Source: Catajapyx aquilonaris (taxonomy: Eukaryota). From it: a stretch of 64,000 nucleotides of DNA. Of this stretch, positions 23,220 to 36,217 are shown in pieces. The notes beneath the pieces are model-generated. The model did no database searches. It was given only the letters and a program-made list of their open reading frames with translations, and was not told the DNA's origin. The translations under genes were made by a program, and so were the position numbers. How positions within the stretch are numbered: the first letter of the stretch is position 1; each line of letters starts with the position of its first letter. Location: contig KZ538410.1 of the NCBI GenBank assembly GCA_000934665.2, positions 1-64,000 on the forward strand. Reading direction: 5' to 3'.

Positions 23220-26200
23220 GGCAGCAGTAGCAGCGGCAGCAGCAGCAGCAGTGATGGTCTCTCTGTGGATTCAGATAGTTTGGATAGTCCAGACAGCGAC
23301 ACAGAGGAAGTAAAGAAAACACAGAAGGTAAAGAAAGGAAAGAAAACACGGAAGGTAAAGAAAGTAAAGAAAAAACACAAAGTAAGGAAAGCTAGAAACA
23401 CAGAAAAGAGTCACAAATTGAAAGAAGATCAAGGAAAGATGGCCGCTGTTAAGAAAGTAGCAAAGGTGGAGATGAAGAAGTTACAATGGAGACGAGGACC
23501 ACATCGAGCAAAACAGCAAGTCGTCAAAATTCTTGAGGTTATCAAAGAAACTGATTACCCATTCCCGAATAGTGATTGGCAGGGGGATAATAAAGAAAAA
23601 AGGTATGCCACAGGTGTTGCTATAAAGGAAGAGATAAGTGAACAAGGTGGAAATACCAAACCAAAGATGAAAATTAGCAAAAAGGCGGCTCCCCCTCACA
23701 GAACTAGAGTTGATAAAAATCAGGATGACGACGAAGAGGATAGCGACCACTACGATTATTATACTTCTCAATATGAAGACAAGAATTATTACAGCGACAG
23801 TGACACAAGTCTACTATTGTGGATTCCAGAGCCAGTGAATCGGTTTCAGTCCAAGTATGAGTCCCCGCAGGTGACAAAACTCGCCCTTACATCTGGTAAG
23901 TGCAACAAAAGAATATCAAAGTGTACTGTATGTTACACATACTCCCTGAAACCCAGTTTCACCTGCGTTATTGGAAGACACATGGTATTATTGCACCAAG
24001 GCGCTAACAAAATCTGAAACAATGCATAGAAATGCTAATATTACTTTTCTAATTCATTTTTTGTCACATATTCCTCACGAACATATGAGATAGAAAGAAG
24101 GGAGCTGGTTTTCCATTTTGCTTTTGAACGTGCTTCCACTTCATAACCGAGGTACACATTTAAAAGTAGCCCATGGTCTGTTTACCAATTTTATGCAAAT
24201 AAGTATTGTAAGTAATCTCAGTTTCACTCCCCAGCCATCAATCGCTACATTTTCTGGTACTTTCCCAGGCACAGAGAAGAAGTATCTTGTAGTAATCAAG
24301 CAAATATTATCTGAATTCCACACCTTGGTCGCACAGGCTAGAAAAGCCCTAAAAGCTGGACGTGATGCTGGGTTTCTCCAGACAGAAGAAAACATGAACT
24401 TACAGGAAAAACTCAAAACACGTTACGTCCATACATTTTCCACTTATGCGAATTACTACCAGGAAAATCAGGACATTGAAGTAACTCTAGGCGACCCTTG
24501 CTTATTCCAACATCTCCAGAAAAATGTAGATCTTAGCAAAAGGCGAAAGGCAATGCTCATGCCTCTCTTCAGCCACCCTAAAATTTTCTCCGGAGATTTT
24601 GAAAGTTGTGAGAAGCTGTTTGAAGAAAAATTTTCAGCTATGAATGCAGATGAGGAGGAGCTTCAAGTTCAATTGGATGAAAAGAAGTCAAGAAAAAAGG
24701 AAAATGTCTCCCAACAAAAGACGCCCCATATCCCATCTCTTACATCGGCTAGAAGGAAAAAAAGGGCAAGGACTCCAGTCAAGCCAGCAACAATAAGTGA
24801 GAATGAGGATGACAGATTTAGACACTTGCAAACTGTCATGAACACTGTAGCAGCAGATACACATAAGGGTGCCTCATCCGACAAATGTGGCAGCGTACCA
24901 CTTCCAATTGATTTTTCTAAATTCGAAAAATTAGAGACTCTAACAGACATCCAACTTAAGGAATTAACTCAGGTTCAACCAAAATCACAGCGAGAAGAAA
25001 GGTCTCGATATCTTCCAGAGAGCATGTATGCCACGACGTTCAGTCCACCAGCTGCTAGACAGCCCCAAGATTCTAAACTGACAGACCTTGCCAAACAACC
25101 TGCACAACCTGAACCTGCTGTCCAATCACAAGCAACACCTGACTCAACCTCACAACCTCAATCTCACAAAACGTCTCCTAGCTCTGCAACATCTCCACGA
25201 TATCAGAAAGTAAAATGCAAAAAACCTAAAAAACAAACACCACAGCACATGCCTGATGACCAATCAAAAGCAATAGCTGCAGCAAAATTGAAGATTTTAC
25301 AATGTTTGAGTCACGAAGAACCCGTTAGATCTGCATTATCTCCACATCTTCAGGAAAGGATACTCTCACAGCTTCAAAAACAAGCATCAGAGCAATCGCC
25401 TGTTGTTCAGGCAAGAGCAAAAGCCATAGCACAAATGAAGGTTTTACTACTTTTGCGTCGCAAACAAGCCATTAGGTCTGAAAAAACTCCCCACCGCCAG
25501 AAATTGAAACTCAAACAGCTTCAAGAGCAAATATCACAGCCCATGCCTGCTGTCCACTCGAAAGAGCAAGCCCTGGCCAAATGGCGAGTATTGCGATATT
25601 TGCTTCTCAAAAAATCTAGGTCTGCAACGTCTCCACGCCTTCACAAGAAACAACATGAAAAACCAATATCACAGCCCAAACATGCTGGACAATCAAAAGC
25701 AAATGCCCTCGCAAATGTGCAAGTTTTGCAAAGTATGCTTCTCAAACATTCCCCTGGTCCCACAAGAACTCAGTGCCACCGGCAATTGCTCTTCACTGGA
25801 CCCCAAAAGCAAATCTCACGACCCAAGCCTGATGTTCAATCAAAAGGAAAAACTCTAGTAAGATTCCAAGATTTACAAGATTCGCTTCCCACAAAATCTC
25901 CAAGCTCCGCAAAAACTCGACGCCTCCAGGAAGTGAAACTGTCAGGGCCTCAAAAACTAGCACCACAGTCCAAGTTTGCAATTGCTAAAGCAAAGGTAAT
26001 GGTTTTAAGGCATCTGCTTATTAAAAAAATCACTAGCTCTTCCAAAAAAACTTCACGCATCAAGGAATTGAACCTGGCAGGATATTGGCAACAAATCTCA
26101 GACCCCAAGTACGTTCTCCAATCAAATGCAAGAGCTCTAGCAATATGGAAAATTGCACGACTCTTGCATCTTAAAAAATCTGCTGCGTCTGAAAAAACTC

Positions 26201-29200
26201 GGCTCCATGAATTGAAACTCAAGGGAACTCCCCAAGCCAAGTCTGCGACCAAATCAAAAGCAACAGCTAGAGCAAAACTGAAATTTCTGCGTTTGTTTCT
26301 CAGAAAGATTCATGGGCTGAAGATCAAAAAAACTAAACCTATCCAAGAACCTGAAATAGAAACACCCAAACATGAATCGAAAGTTCCATCTTTTCCTGTC
26401 ATGCATCCTCAGAAGTGCAAACCCACAGGAATTAAAAAACAAACCCCACAACCCATTCCTAGTGCCCAATCAAAAGCAAAGCCTAAAGCACAATCGCAAG
26501 CTTCAGATGAGTCTAAAAAGAAATCTACAAAGGCAAAAGGCTTACTCCAATCAGAATCTGAGCTAAAAGTGACTAGAGAGCACGAATCGCATAAAAGGAA
26601 AAAACCAAAAAGGGGATCCAAAAAGTCCAGAAGCCCCGAAATATCCACGAGTACCAAACGATCCAAAAGTACCAAACGATCCAGAAGTACCAAAAGGCCC
26701 AAAAGCAGAGGCAAACCCAGAAAGCAATCTCCAACACCTGCCCCTGCCCCCCACTTGACAATGGCACCGGACACTCTCAAGAAAGTGTGCATTGGTGGAA
26801 AAATCCTGTATATGACTGCTCAGCAAATCCAGAAAGTTCTCGAGAAATTGAAACACTTAAAGCAGATGCATGACAAGACCAACAGAATAGCTTCCCCACG
26901 TCACAAGGTCACCTCTCCCCATGGCAAGATTGCCTCTGCACACGGCAAGAATGCCTCTCCACGTGAAAGAAAGACCTCTCCACAGCATGACAGAAAGGCC
27001 TCTCCACGGCGTGACAGAAAGGCCTCTCCCCGTGGCAGAATTGCCTCTCCACGTCACAAAATAGTCTCTCCACGAGGCAGAACACCTGCCAGGTTCGCGT
27101 CTCCAAGTGCCAGGATCAGATCTCCACATGTCAGGATCGCTTCTCCACACGCCAGGATCAGATCTCCACATGTCAGGACCGCTTCTCCACGTGTCAGGAT
27201 CATTTCTCCACGTGTCAGGATCATTTCTCCACGTGTCAGGATCACATCTCCACATGCCAGGATCGCTTCTCCACACGCCAGGATCAGATCTCCACATGTC
27301 AGGATCGCTTCTCCAGGCGCCAGGATCGTTTCTCCAGGTGTCAGGATCATTTCTCCACGCTCCAGGACCACATCTCCACGTGTCAGGATCATTTCTCCAC
27401 GTACCAGGATCCCATCTCCACATGTCAGGATCGTTTCTCCACGTGCCAGGGTTGCCACCCCAAGGAGCAGATTTGCCTTGCTTCTTGACAGAATTTACTC
27501 TGCATGTGCCGAGCCAGGGATTTATAATGGGCCCAAGGTTGCCTTAGAAACGAGGAAAACAACAGTTCCTGCCCCATACAATTTGCCTAGAATGCCTAGA
27601 CCTCCAGAAGGTACAAGTCCCAGACGAACCCGGAAAGCTACTTCACGTGTACCAGCCAAGAGCACACGCCAAACGATGAGTGTGTCTACAATAAAGGGTG
27701 CTTCCTGGAAGGATAAGTCAAATGAGTCGAGCAAGGCTTCATCCAGGATGCCCTCACTCTCCAAGGTATCTCAAGCTCTACTCCGTGAAGGTGAAAAAGC
27801 AAGTAAGTAGGAAGCATTTCTTTGTCACTCCAATGCTGTGAAATCTGTCCCTTATTACCAAAGCAAATCAATCAGACAAAGCACCTTGTTTTCTGTGTGT
27901 AAATTAGACCCAAAAATAATAGGCAGTATTGAGTGTAGACATCTCATCCAGTAGTTTTCACTTTCATTAAATCCATTCATGACATCATCTCCAACAGTGG
28001 GATAGGATAAAAAATGACTAATTACTTACTCCAGGCATGCATGCACTTTCCAACTAGTAGATCCAGATGTGTAAATAGGAATGGAGTCCACATAATTATG
28101 TAACAGGATCACATAATCCATCTTTAATCTGCCACACTGCTGGCATGATACCACCCTCTATGCACGAAATGGCTAATCAAAATGAATAAATTCCCAAAAT
28201 CAGGTAGGATAAGTTGCAAGTGTCTTTACGTTAACGAGGGTGATATGTCCCGGTAAATCAAAGCATGATTTTCCTTGATGTACTTTTCCCATATACACAT
28301 CAGGGAAAAGTATTGTACGAATGACACACTGCAACACATGAAACTGCAATGAGGGATCGAGTGTATGGGTTAAGCCATGAGCAAAAGGTAGGCACATAAT
28401 AATGAATAGCAACCTGGCAACATGAGTAAGAAACAATTATATGATGCTTTAATTATTATGGAATGGCATAGATAGTGCTGATCAGGGTGCTTATAGCAAG
28501 ACGGACAATGGTTGCAGCAACAAGTGAATAACACTAACATTAGAATGGCAAAGATCACTTTCAACAACGTAATTGATGTCAGTTCCCCTCTCAGCTCATG
28601 GGGAAAAGTCATGGATTGATTTTTAGTTTTTCAGAACCAACCCCATTCATTTCAATTACCCTTCTTAAATTAAACAATTTTTTAGAATCTAATCTTACTA
28701 GTGCAGTGTGAAGTTACAATGTTTTTATTAACTACTTTTCTGCACAGCACGGGATTCAAGAAAGCACATGACTCGCCAACATGACCTGTCAGCCTCCTAC
28801 ATGAAGCAGGGACCCCCTCCCAACCTATTGAAAGGACCACCTCCCAGCCTACCTCGAGGGCCTCCTCCACTCAGGACGGCATATACCAGCAAGCATGACA
28901 ACATCAGTGCCAAGCTGACACAGGCAGAAAAAATGAGCTTGTTGGTCAGTGGTGGCTCCCCATACTATCAGTCGAAGGGCATGAAGGTGCAAGAGGAGGT
29001 CACATCTAGCAATAATCTGCCAGGGCAGCGGTATGTTGAATGGCACTGTAATTGGAGTAATTCCTACCATCAAATTTTCATATAGAATGTCATGTTTTTC
29101 ATGACTTACATTAATGTGAAACAAAAATCACTTACACTGCATGAATAGTAATGTTCCACATGCAAACCAATGGGGTTGACTTACAATCATGTTCGGGCAC

Positions 29201-32200
29201 TGATCATCTGAATGGCGAACCCTGGCTGTGCTATTTTTTAACCAAATGGAAATAAACTTCACTCAAGCAACACTGAGCACATAGCATTGTGTAGCATTCA
29301 GGTAAAGTAAGGTTGAGGAAGCCAAGAACTATCCAAAGGCAATACTTTTCTACTTTCCATTATTTCTCGGATGCACGGGAAAAGGAGCATAAGATTTTTT
29401 TTTTTTTTTTTACTTATGCACTTTTTCCCGCTCATCCGAGATTTATGCTTCATAATTTTCGTAATTTTCATGAGGATTCAGGCAGATGAGTTAAGGAAAT
29501 TAAGGAAACAGTATCACCAAAATTGAGCAGCTGTGATTGGTCCAGACCTCATACATCTGCAACATATTACTCACCCACTTTCCTGCAGGATGAGCCACGA
29601 GTGGGTGCGGCCCCCAACACCCCAGCCAATGAAGAAATCCACCTTGTGCCCAGCAGTTCTTCGCCAACAACATATGGAAGTCATTTCTAAGGAAGCTGTC
29701 CTCATTCATGCAACCCGCAGTCGCAACCTGCCTCGACAACCCAAGCCCGTACTGTGTCCCCCTGGAGGAAGCCTCCGTGACAGGGCTAAATTCGGGCCCC
29801 CAGCATGGCGCCAGTGCCTCTGCAAATCAAATGCTGTTCCCGAAGTGACAGACGTGGAGCTGGATGACTTTCTGCATCAAGCCCCCCGTGGAGTCCCCGT
29901 CCTGGTGCATGTGGTGGACTCCCAACTGGGAGGGTCAAAAATGACTCCTGAGATTTTACGGTTGTACAGGATAATCCGGGATGCTGGTCCTGACCCAGAT
30001 AAGCCATGCTTTGGCAACACTAGTGACTCCTGCTTCATCCTTCAGTATGACATGGCCACAGCTGATGCAGTAATTAATCACCAAGCAGGGTGCTTGTTGA
30101 AGCGTAGGAACAATGTCCAGCCTGACACTTTCTTGGTGAGTTCAGGGAGTGTAATGGGATGCACCACCTCTGGTCTCTCCCTTTACATATTTTATTTCTT
30201 AATTTTATTTACCCCGTTGAGAGAGGACAGCGCTCTTTTAGGGGGGTGGAACACCACCATTTTTCAATCAATTTTCTGTATATTATTTTCGAACTCCATG
30301 CAGGGAAGAAAGGACAGGAGGTAGGGATGGGGATTTTTGGAGAGGAGACACAGGTCCTGGTGCATTGTCTGAAACTGGGTCTTGTGCAGTCTCCCTGGAG
30401 GTTAGGTTGCCAGAAGCCTCCAAGGAGCGGGGCAGAGACCCTCCCAGGCGGGGATTGAACCCGGGACCTTCCACTCAGCAAGGCGAGTCGTTACCAACTC
30501 GGCCACCCCCTACCCCTCCTTTTAATATTTATAGATCTTATAGAGGTTTCAAGTGATTTTTCTTGCTTCTTGGCAGCACATGCTACAAGGCAGGGTTAAC
30601 CTCATGATTCCCACACACATATTACAAACATATCAGGATTAAATTCACATTTCCTATTTGAAGGTTCTAACAAGCTCACTCGATAGTGAGGTCATGTGCT
30701 AGAAGATATCAGGACATTCTGCTTATATACCCTTCGTACTTTCAAGTCTCCTTAAGCCTCAAAAAGACCATCAAATGTAAGGCAATGAAACTGACATCTT
30801 TCTGGATCTGTTAATGGGCGCATGTTTTTTTATGCACTGACTCGAAAAATGATGTGCATATCTGCATCTCCTTGTATGCAATTATTTTACACTTTAATCA
30901 AGGTGTAAGTGACAGGGTCATAAATATTAATGTCCTGCCCCATCTAAATGGCAAGTTTTTAATAATAATAAAAAACAAAAAATTTAATGAACATGCCAGT
31001 TTACTCTACAAATTCCTGTCCCTTTCTTTCCGTTTCTCAGTAACTTATTTTCATAATGACAATCAGCACTAGTGCAATCACTAGTATCAAAGAAATTCAG
31101 GGCACTAGCAGAAATCACAATTTGGCAATAAACTAATAAAGTTTAATTGAATACAGTAAAACTTCTATAAGTCAAACTTCCCTAAGTCGAAGTTCTCTAT
31201 AAGTCAATGAAAATGATGAGTTTGGTTGGTCACAATGTAAAAGAATAGGAAATAAACTTCCCCAACTCGAAGTAGTTCTCCATAACTCGAAGCGCAGGCA
31301 AGGCCTTACGATGGGATATCAATGCATTTTCAGTCTCCCTAAGTCGAAGTTCATGTTGCAAGTCCGGAAAATTTTCTCATTTCCCAGCTGAAGGGTCGAG
31401 AGTAGGCCACATGTACAGAAAGGCTCAATTTCCTGATCTCCATCTACCAGACATACAGAAAGAAGTGTTTGACTTCATTGTGACAATTGAATCCTTGAAT
31501 CTAAGAGTAGGCAAATGTCCATAACGGAGCTTTTTGTTTACAGCAAAACAATGAGGAACATTGTGAGATAGTGACAGTTGTTTTTAAGTTTTGAACACCT
31601 TTCGTTGCTGGATATAAAGGTAGGCTCCTTATAGTGTCATGAGCTTTAAAAAATCCAAACTTCCCTAACTCGAATCTTCTACAACTCAGTTTTTTTTCCG
31701 GTCCCATGGAGATTCGACTTATAGAAGTTTTACTGTACATGTAAAATTGCTCTTGCACCTAAATTAGAAAATACCCAGGCAGGTATCCATTACAATTCCC
31801 CTCTCCAAAAATTATTTCTATCGTTTCCCCCCATCTGGTTTGGTTTCCCTAGACTTCAATGCCAAAAGAGTTTTGCCATTACCACTCAGTGCAAGCTCAA
31901 ACAGTAACTGTTCCAATTAGGCCCAACATTTCACATCTGATTTGAACAGTCAAGTCCCTAAAATTATAACATAAACTACCGTCATACTGCAACATGCAAT
32001 AAAAGTTTCTTAATAGGATACAAACATACATACTACCTTTCTTGGAACCTACAGAAAATTACACCAGGTCGATTAAAACAATTATTCTATCAATGTTGGG
32101 TGAGTAAACATTGTGCTCAGATATTGCCCTGATCTTTCCAGATATATGAGAATGGTCAGCTGCTTTTCTGTGACCAGGTATTTGATGGGTTCCATCTGGA

Positions 32201-32288
32201 TCTGCAACATCTGTGCAGCCAGCTGCACCGATGCCATGTCATGGCCGAATCCAACGTTCACATCCCTATGGACTTCAAATATGAGTAA
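21498..32288 (+). CDS. C3orf20-like (FAM194-domain) protein, ~2094 aa; exons 21498-21534, 21603-21903, 22084-22329, 22706-23895, 24269-27802, 28748-29030, 29589-30135, 32142-32288 (true start may be further upstream)
   Basis: DGLLCIQYYSGNLAISQIP...DKKGKVTECYSW resembles the FAM194 domain. CPAVLR...CLCK...PEVTDVELDDFL...LQYD...IYENGQLLFCDQVFDGF...IPMDFKY resembles the C3orf20 C-terminal region. All seven junctions keep frame (6285 nt total). Confidence 0.75.
23085..23252 (+). repeat. Coding (AGC/AGY-GGC)n trinucleotide repeat encoding a poly-Ser(Gly) tract
   Basis: About 55 codons, mostly Ser, inside exon 4 of the C3orf20-like gene. Confidence 0.92.
26884..27465 (+). repeat. Coding 21-bp tandem repeat encoding ~27 S-P-x-x-R heptads
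   Basis: Units such as tctccacgtgtcaggatcatt, encoding SPRVRII, SPHARIA and SPHVRIA. Confidence 0.9.
30193..30516 (-). mobile_element. tRNA-derived SINE, family B
   Basis: A box TGGCCGAGTTGG and B box GGTTCAATCCC. Homologous to 33456-33775, with an A-rich tail. Confidence 0.82.
31154..31735. mobile_element. pogo/Tigger-type MITE
   Basis: TA-flanked TIR cagtaaaacttctataagtc / gacttatagaagttttactg, with internal repeats of taagtcgaag and a subterminal GGTCCC. Confidence 0.85.
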
Positions 32289-32862
32289 GTTGATGTCTCC
32301 CTTAACTAGTTGAAGACTTTTGAGTTTGTCCAAAATTGCATGCAATGAAATTAATACACGCTCACATTGGTAACATTTAATGAAACATGTGGTTTTGGTC
32401 CACTGATTCCAGAATTACACACAGATTCTCACATTAAATTTTTGGGTTAGAGTGTGACAGTGTACCAAAGCATTCGTTAAAGCACCATAATTACCTTCTT
32501 ATAGTTAAGCAAGAGTTCATCAACATTTAAGAGCTCAAAAGTGTCTATTAACATAGTTGCACATGAAATTTTATCATCCTTGTGCAAAAAGAGCTGTCCC
32601 TGAAGGTCACGAATGAATGAGACATGTACTGTTTCAGTTGAATGCCCTGCTCTTGTGCCTTTAAATTCTGGTACTGATGTGTATGCATATATGCTTCAAA
32701 GTTGCACCCTGAAGATGCCTTGTTACCTTTCAAAAGTGACTATAATTGCAACAGGTCACATCTCACAACATCACTTCCAACTTTTCTCCTTTTCACCTCC
32801 ATTTGTTCCATGCTGGCTCAAAGTATATCACACCAGTAGAACAACCGCACTCAAAATTTTTG

Positions 32863-35800
32863 TCATGTGGGGCAGTTTTCCTCATCATCTGAGTCGGAAT
32901 CCTCCTTCTCTGTCGACTGGATTCTCTACACAAAAATTACACTGTTAAGAATCATGTGCAAATCTTTAAAAATATGTCACAGAAACACTAACCACTCGGA
33001 GAAGGTCAATTAGCCTGGCAGGATCACCTCCTGAGCACACATCCAGCACATCAGTGGGAACCTGGTAGTATCGGTATGGGCTGGGTTGCACCCCAAGGTC
33101 AGTGGTCACATACCTGAAAGCAACATCTCGATTTGGCTTGCTCTCTGAAGCAATCTGGTAAAGTTCCTCCCAGGAGAAGAGGATTGAATCAGTGGTTGCA
33201 CCAAAAGGATTGAAGTCAACCAGCTTCACCACATCCTTCTCTGAACGCACCACGTCAAATACATCTGGGGGACCAAAGGAGATAGTGTATATTTGCAGTA
33301 GTGCAGATGAGCATGCATCATGAGCAAAAGTTAAGCACAATATTGCCCTGAAAAACTTCCCGCTACACCCCTTGAGCAGCATTCGTGCCTCAAAATCCTG
33401 GCACAGAAAGTTGTATATTTTTGTTCTTCACTCAGCCAATCAACAAAAAGGACAGAAGTGTGTGTGTGTGTTTTTTTTAACCCCGTGATAAGGCTGAGCC
33501 TTTTTAGGGGGGTGGAATACCACCATTTGTGCAAGGAGTCAAGGATGTAGGGTAGGGATAGGGATTTTTGGGGAGGGGACACTTGTGCAGGTGCCTTGTC
33601 CTATGGCTTTTGGGCCATGTGCAGTCCCCCAGGAGGTTAGGTTGCCAGACACCTCCTTGGTGCAGGTCAGAGACCCTCCCGACGCAGGTGAAAGGAAAGT
33701 TCCCCAGGCGGGGATCGAACCTGGGGCCTTTCACTCAGCAAGCCGAGACATTACCATCTCGGCCATCTACCTCCCCAAAAAGGACTAATGTATTTGTGAC
33801 AAATTCAAACATTTAAAAATATACACCGTCACACATCAAGGTATCCTATGCGAAAACTGCAATCCAGGTCATGGTCATATATCACNNNNNNGGGGGGGGG
33901 GCTTGTTTTTGACGAAGTACAGTATTGCATAGTGTAATATTTAAATTAAATCTTGAGTGTGTGTTTTGAGGTGGACAGGGGTGGGGTGTGGGACGGGTTG
34001 TTTTTAGGTTTATTCTCATGAGTTTTATTAGTTCATATGTTGGGTTAGCTTGCGTCTCCCTTCATTGCTGACTACCCCTCATAGGGAAATGTCATGATGT
34101 TGTTGTTGTTGTTGTTGTTGTTGATGCTTTGAATAATCTGTGCATTTCAAATACTATAAATATAATACTTTCTTGCAGATACCACGAGGTAAAAGCTCCA
34201 TCAAAGGTTCCAGCAATCAAACTGCTGGAACCACGTGCCACCTTTCGTAATGACGACGTGAGCCCAAGTGAAAAAAAAAGAACAGGTGGTGTCAGGAGGT
34301 CTCCCAGGCCATAAACAAGGTGCATAAAAAAAACTTCCTGAGTAAACTCACAATTTCGAAGAGGGAAGTATCCTCGAATCTTCTCCTTGTAAAAACTCTG
34401 TATATCACGAATGATGTCCTTGGATTCTTGCTTTATATGTGCATAGCAGTTAATTCCATCTCTTTGGCTGGCACCTGGAACAAAGAAAAAAAGTGTAATG
34501 TAAATATAAGCGTCAAATATACATCTTTATTTTTACACTCACCAATGATGTTTGAATCATACACAAAGCATCGAAACTCTGTGCTTGGGTTCACATCTCG
34601 CCATTGCCTCAATACAAGGGTATATTTCACTTCACATGGTGTTGAGGCATCATTGCAGTCCTGTGAAGAAATATAAGTCACTTTTCACAACAGATATTAC
34701 TTGAAAATTCAGGGGTAACTAATATGAATTCTTTACTGTAGATGAATTTTTTACGAGCACAACTGAGTGCACACCCACACTCGAGCAAGTCCATTGTTCT
34801 GACAACAGGAAGAGTGGGTGGTTCCAGAGGTGTGTTCGACAGATTTCTTTGACTAACTTAGTAAGCTAAACGTCACAGTCATGTTACGCTGGGTTGACTG
34901 TAATATGGCCCCGATAAAAATTTGCCGCTCTAGGCAGTTGCCTACTTTGCCTATTGGAAAATATGGCCCTGCATACACCATGTACAGTAGTAGTACATTA
35001 AACACCTCTGATTAGCTCATTTTTACCATGTCTAAGACCATCTTCCAATTATCCGTGTTTTCTGATTATCTGGCGACACCTGTACATACATCAGCCTGGA
35101 TAACAATCGGGAGTACAGTGCTGGACATTAATTCCATCATACTGCTAGCAACATTTTCCGATGTGGCAGACGTGCAAATCGAAGTGATGGAGTATGAGCC
35201 ATGCGAGTAAGAAATGGTAGCCCTTGGGTGACGTCACAGGCTGGAGACAAGCCTTTTCTCCATTGCCCCCCAGCCTGTGACGTCACTCAAGGCCTACCTC
35301 TTCTTACTCGCACGACTCACACTCTATCACTTCGATTTGTACTTCTGCCGCATCAGAAAATGTTTCAAGCAGTATGACGCAATAAATATCCAACATTGTA
35401 CAATGTATACCCAATATTATAAAATTTCTTACCTTGAAAGGTTGTGTTAAGTCATGCGTCACAAAATCTGAGCTTTTGAGCAGCAGGTAGATGTCTGAAG
35501 GTGTGGTGCACTTCAGTGAGTTGTTGAGACCAATCCAAGATGCATCCTATGGGAACATCAATATTATTACAATATTATACCAAGTATTATGAACTTATTT
35601 GTATTTGATTTCCATTCATTTTTGTTGCATTACCTTCGGTGCACTCCAGTTGAGTTTGACAAACACTGCTCCTCCTAATTCTGCTATAGCACCTTTCACA
35701 GCTTTGTCAAATTCAGGAAAAGAAGGTCCCTGGAAAAACAAGTGGAAATAAATACAGTAGAATCCCGATTAGTATCCGACTGTCCCACTCCGGCAATAAA

Positions 35801-36146
35801 GCTGTTTTCTGTAAGGTTCTACATATTTGTTTGTTTTGCCTTAAATTGTAAATACAGTGCAGTAGAGTGTGTGTAAAAGAAAAATACTTCAATATTTCTT
35901 AGAAAACCATAATATGGTCCGCTATTTAATGTTTTTTGTTGTGTTTTATTAAAGTTTTTTTTACTCCTCAGATTATCCGACCTTTTTGGTTATCCGACGA
36001 TGCCTGTCCCGTGGGATAATCAGGGTTCTACTGTATCGCATTTAAATGACTCCTCCTCCATCTTTATGATCAATTGAAAGTATTACACCTGCAGCAATAA
36101 TTCCTCAAGTCTTTCAACTCCTAGCCAATTAGAATATAATAATAAT

Positions 36147-36217
<71 letters not shown>

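Noticed and set aside
23048..23401. Poly-Leu, poly-Cys and poly-Ala ORFs
   Set aside because: They are alternative frames and strands of the (AGC)n poly-Ser tract.
26857..27547. Repetitive ORFs (WRNDPDT, RGEMILT, HVSGSFL)
   Set aside because: They are shadow frames of the 21-bp coding repeat. Only the SPxxR frame is continuous with the spliced gene.
24118..27810. Standalone intronless 1230-aa gene or viral/transposon ORF
   Set aside because: It starts at TTG, has no transposase, RT or viral motifs, and has in-phase splice sites joining it to flanking exons.
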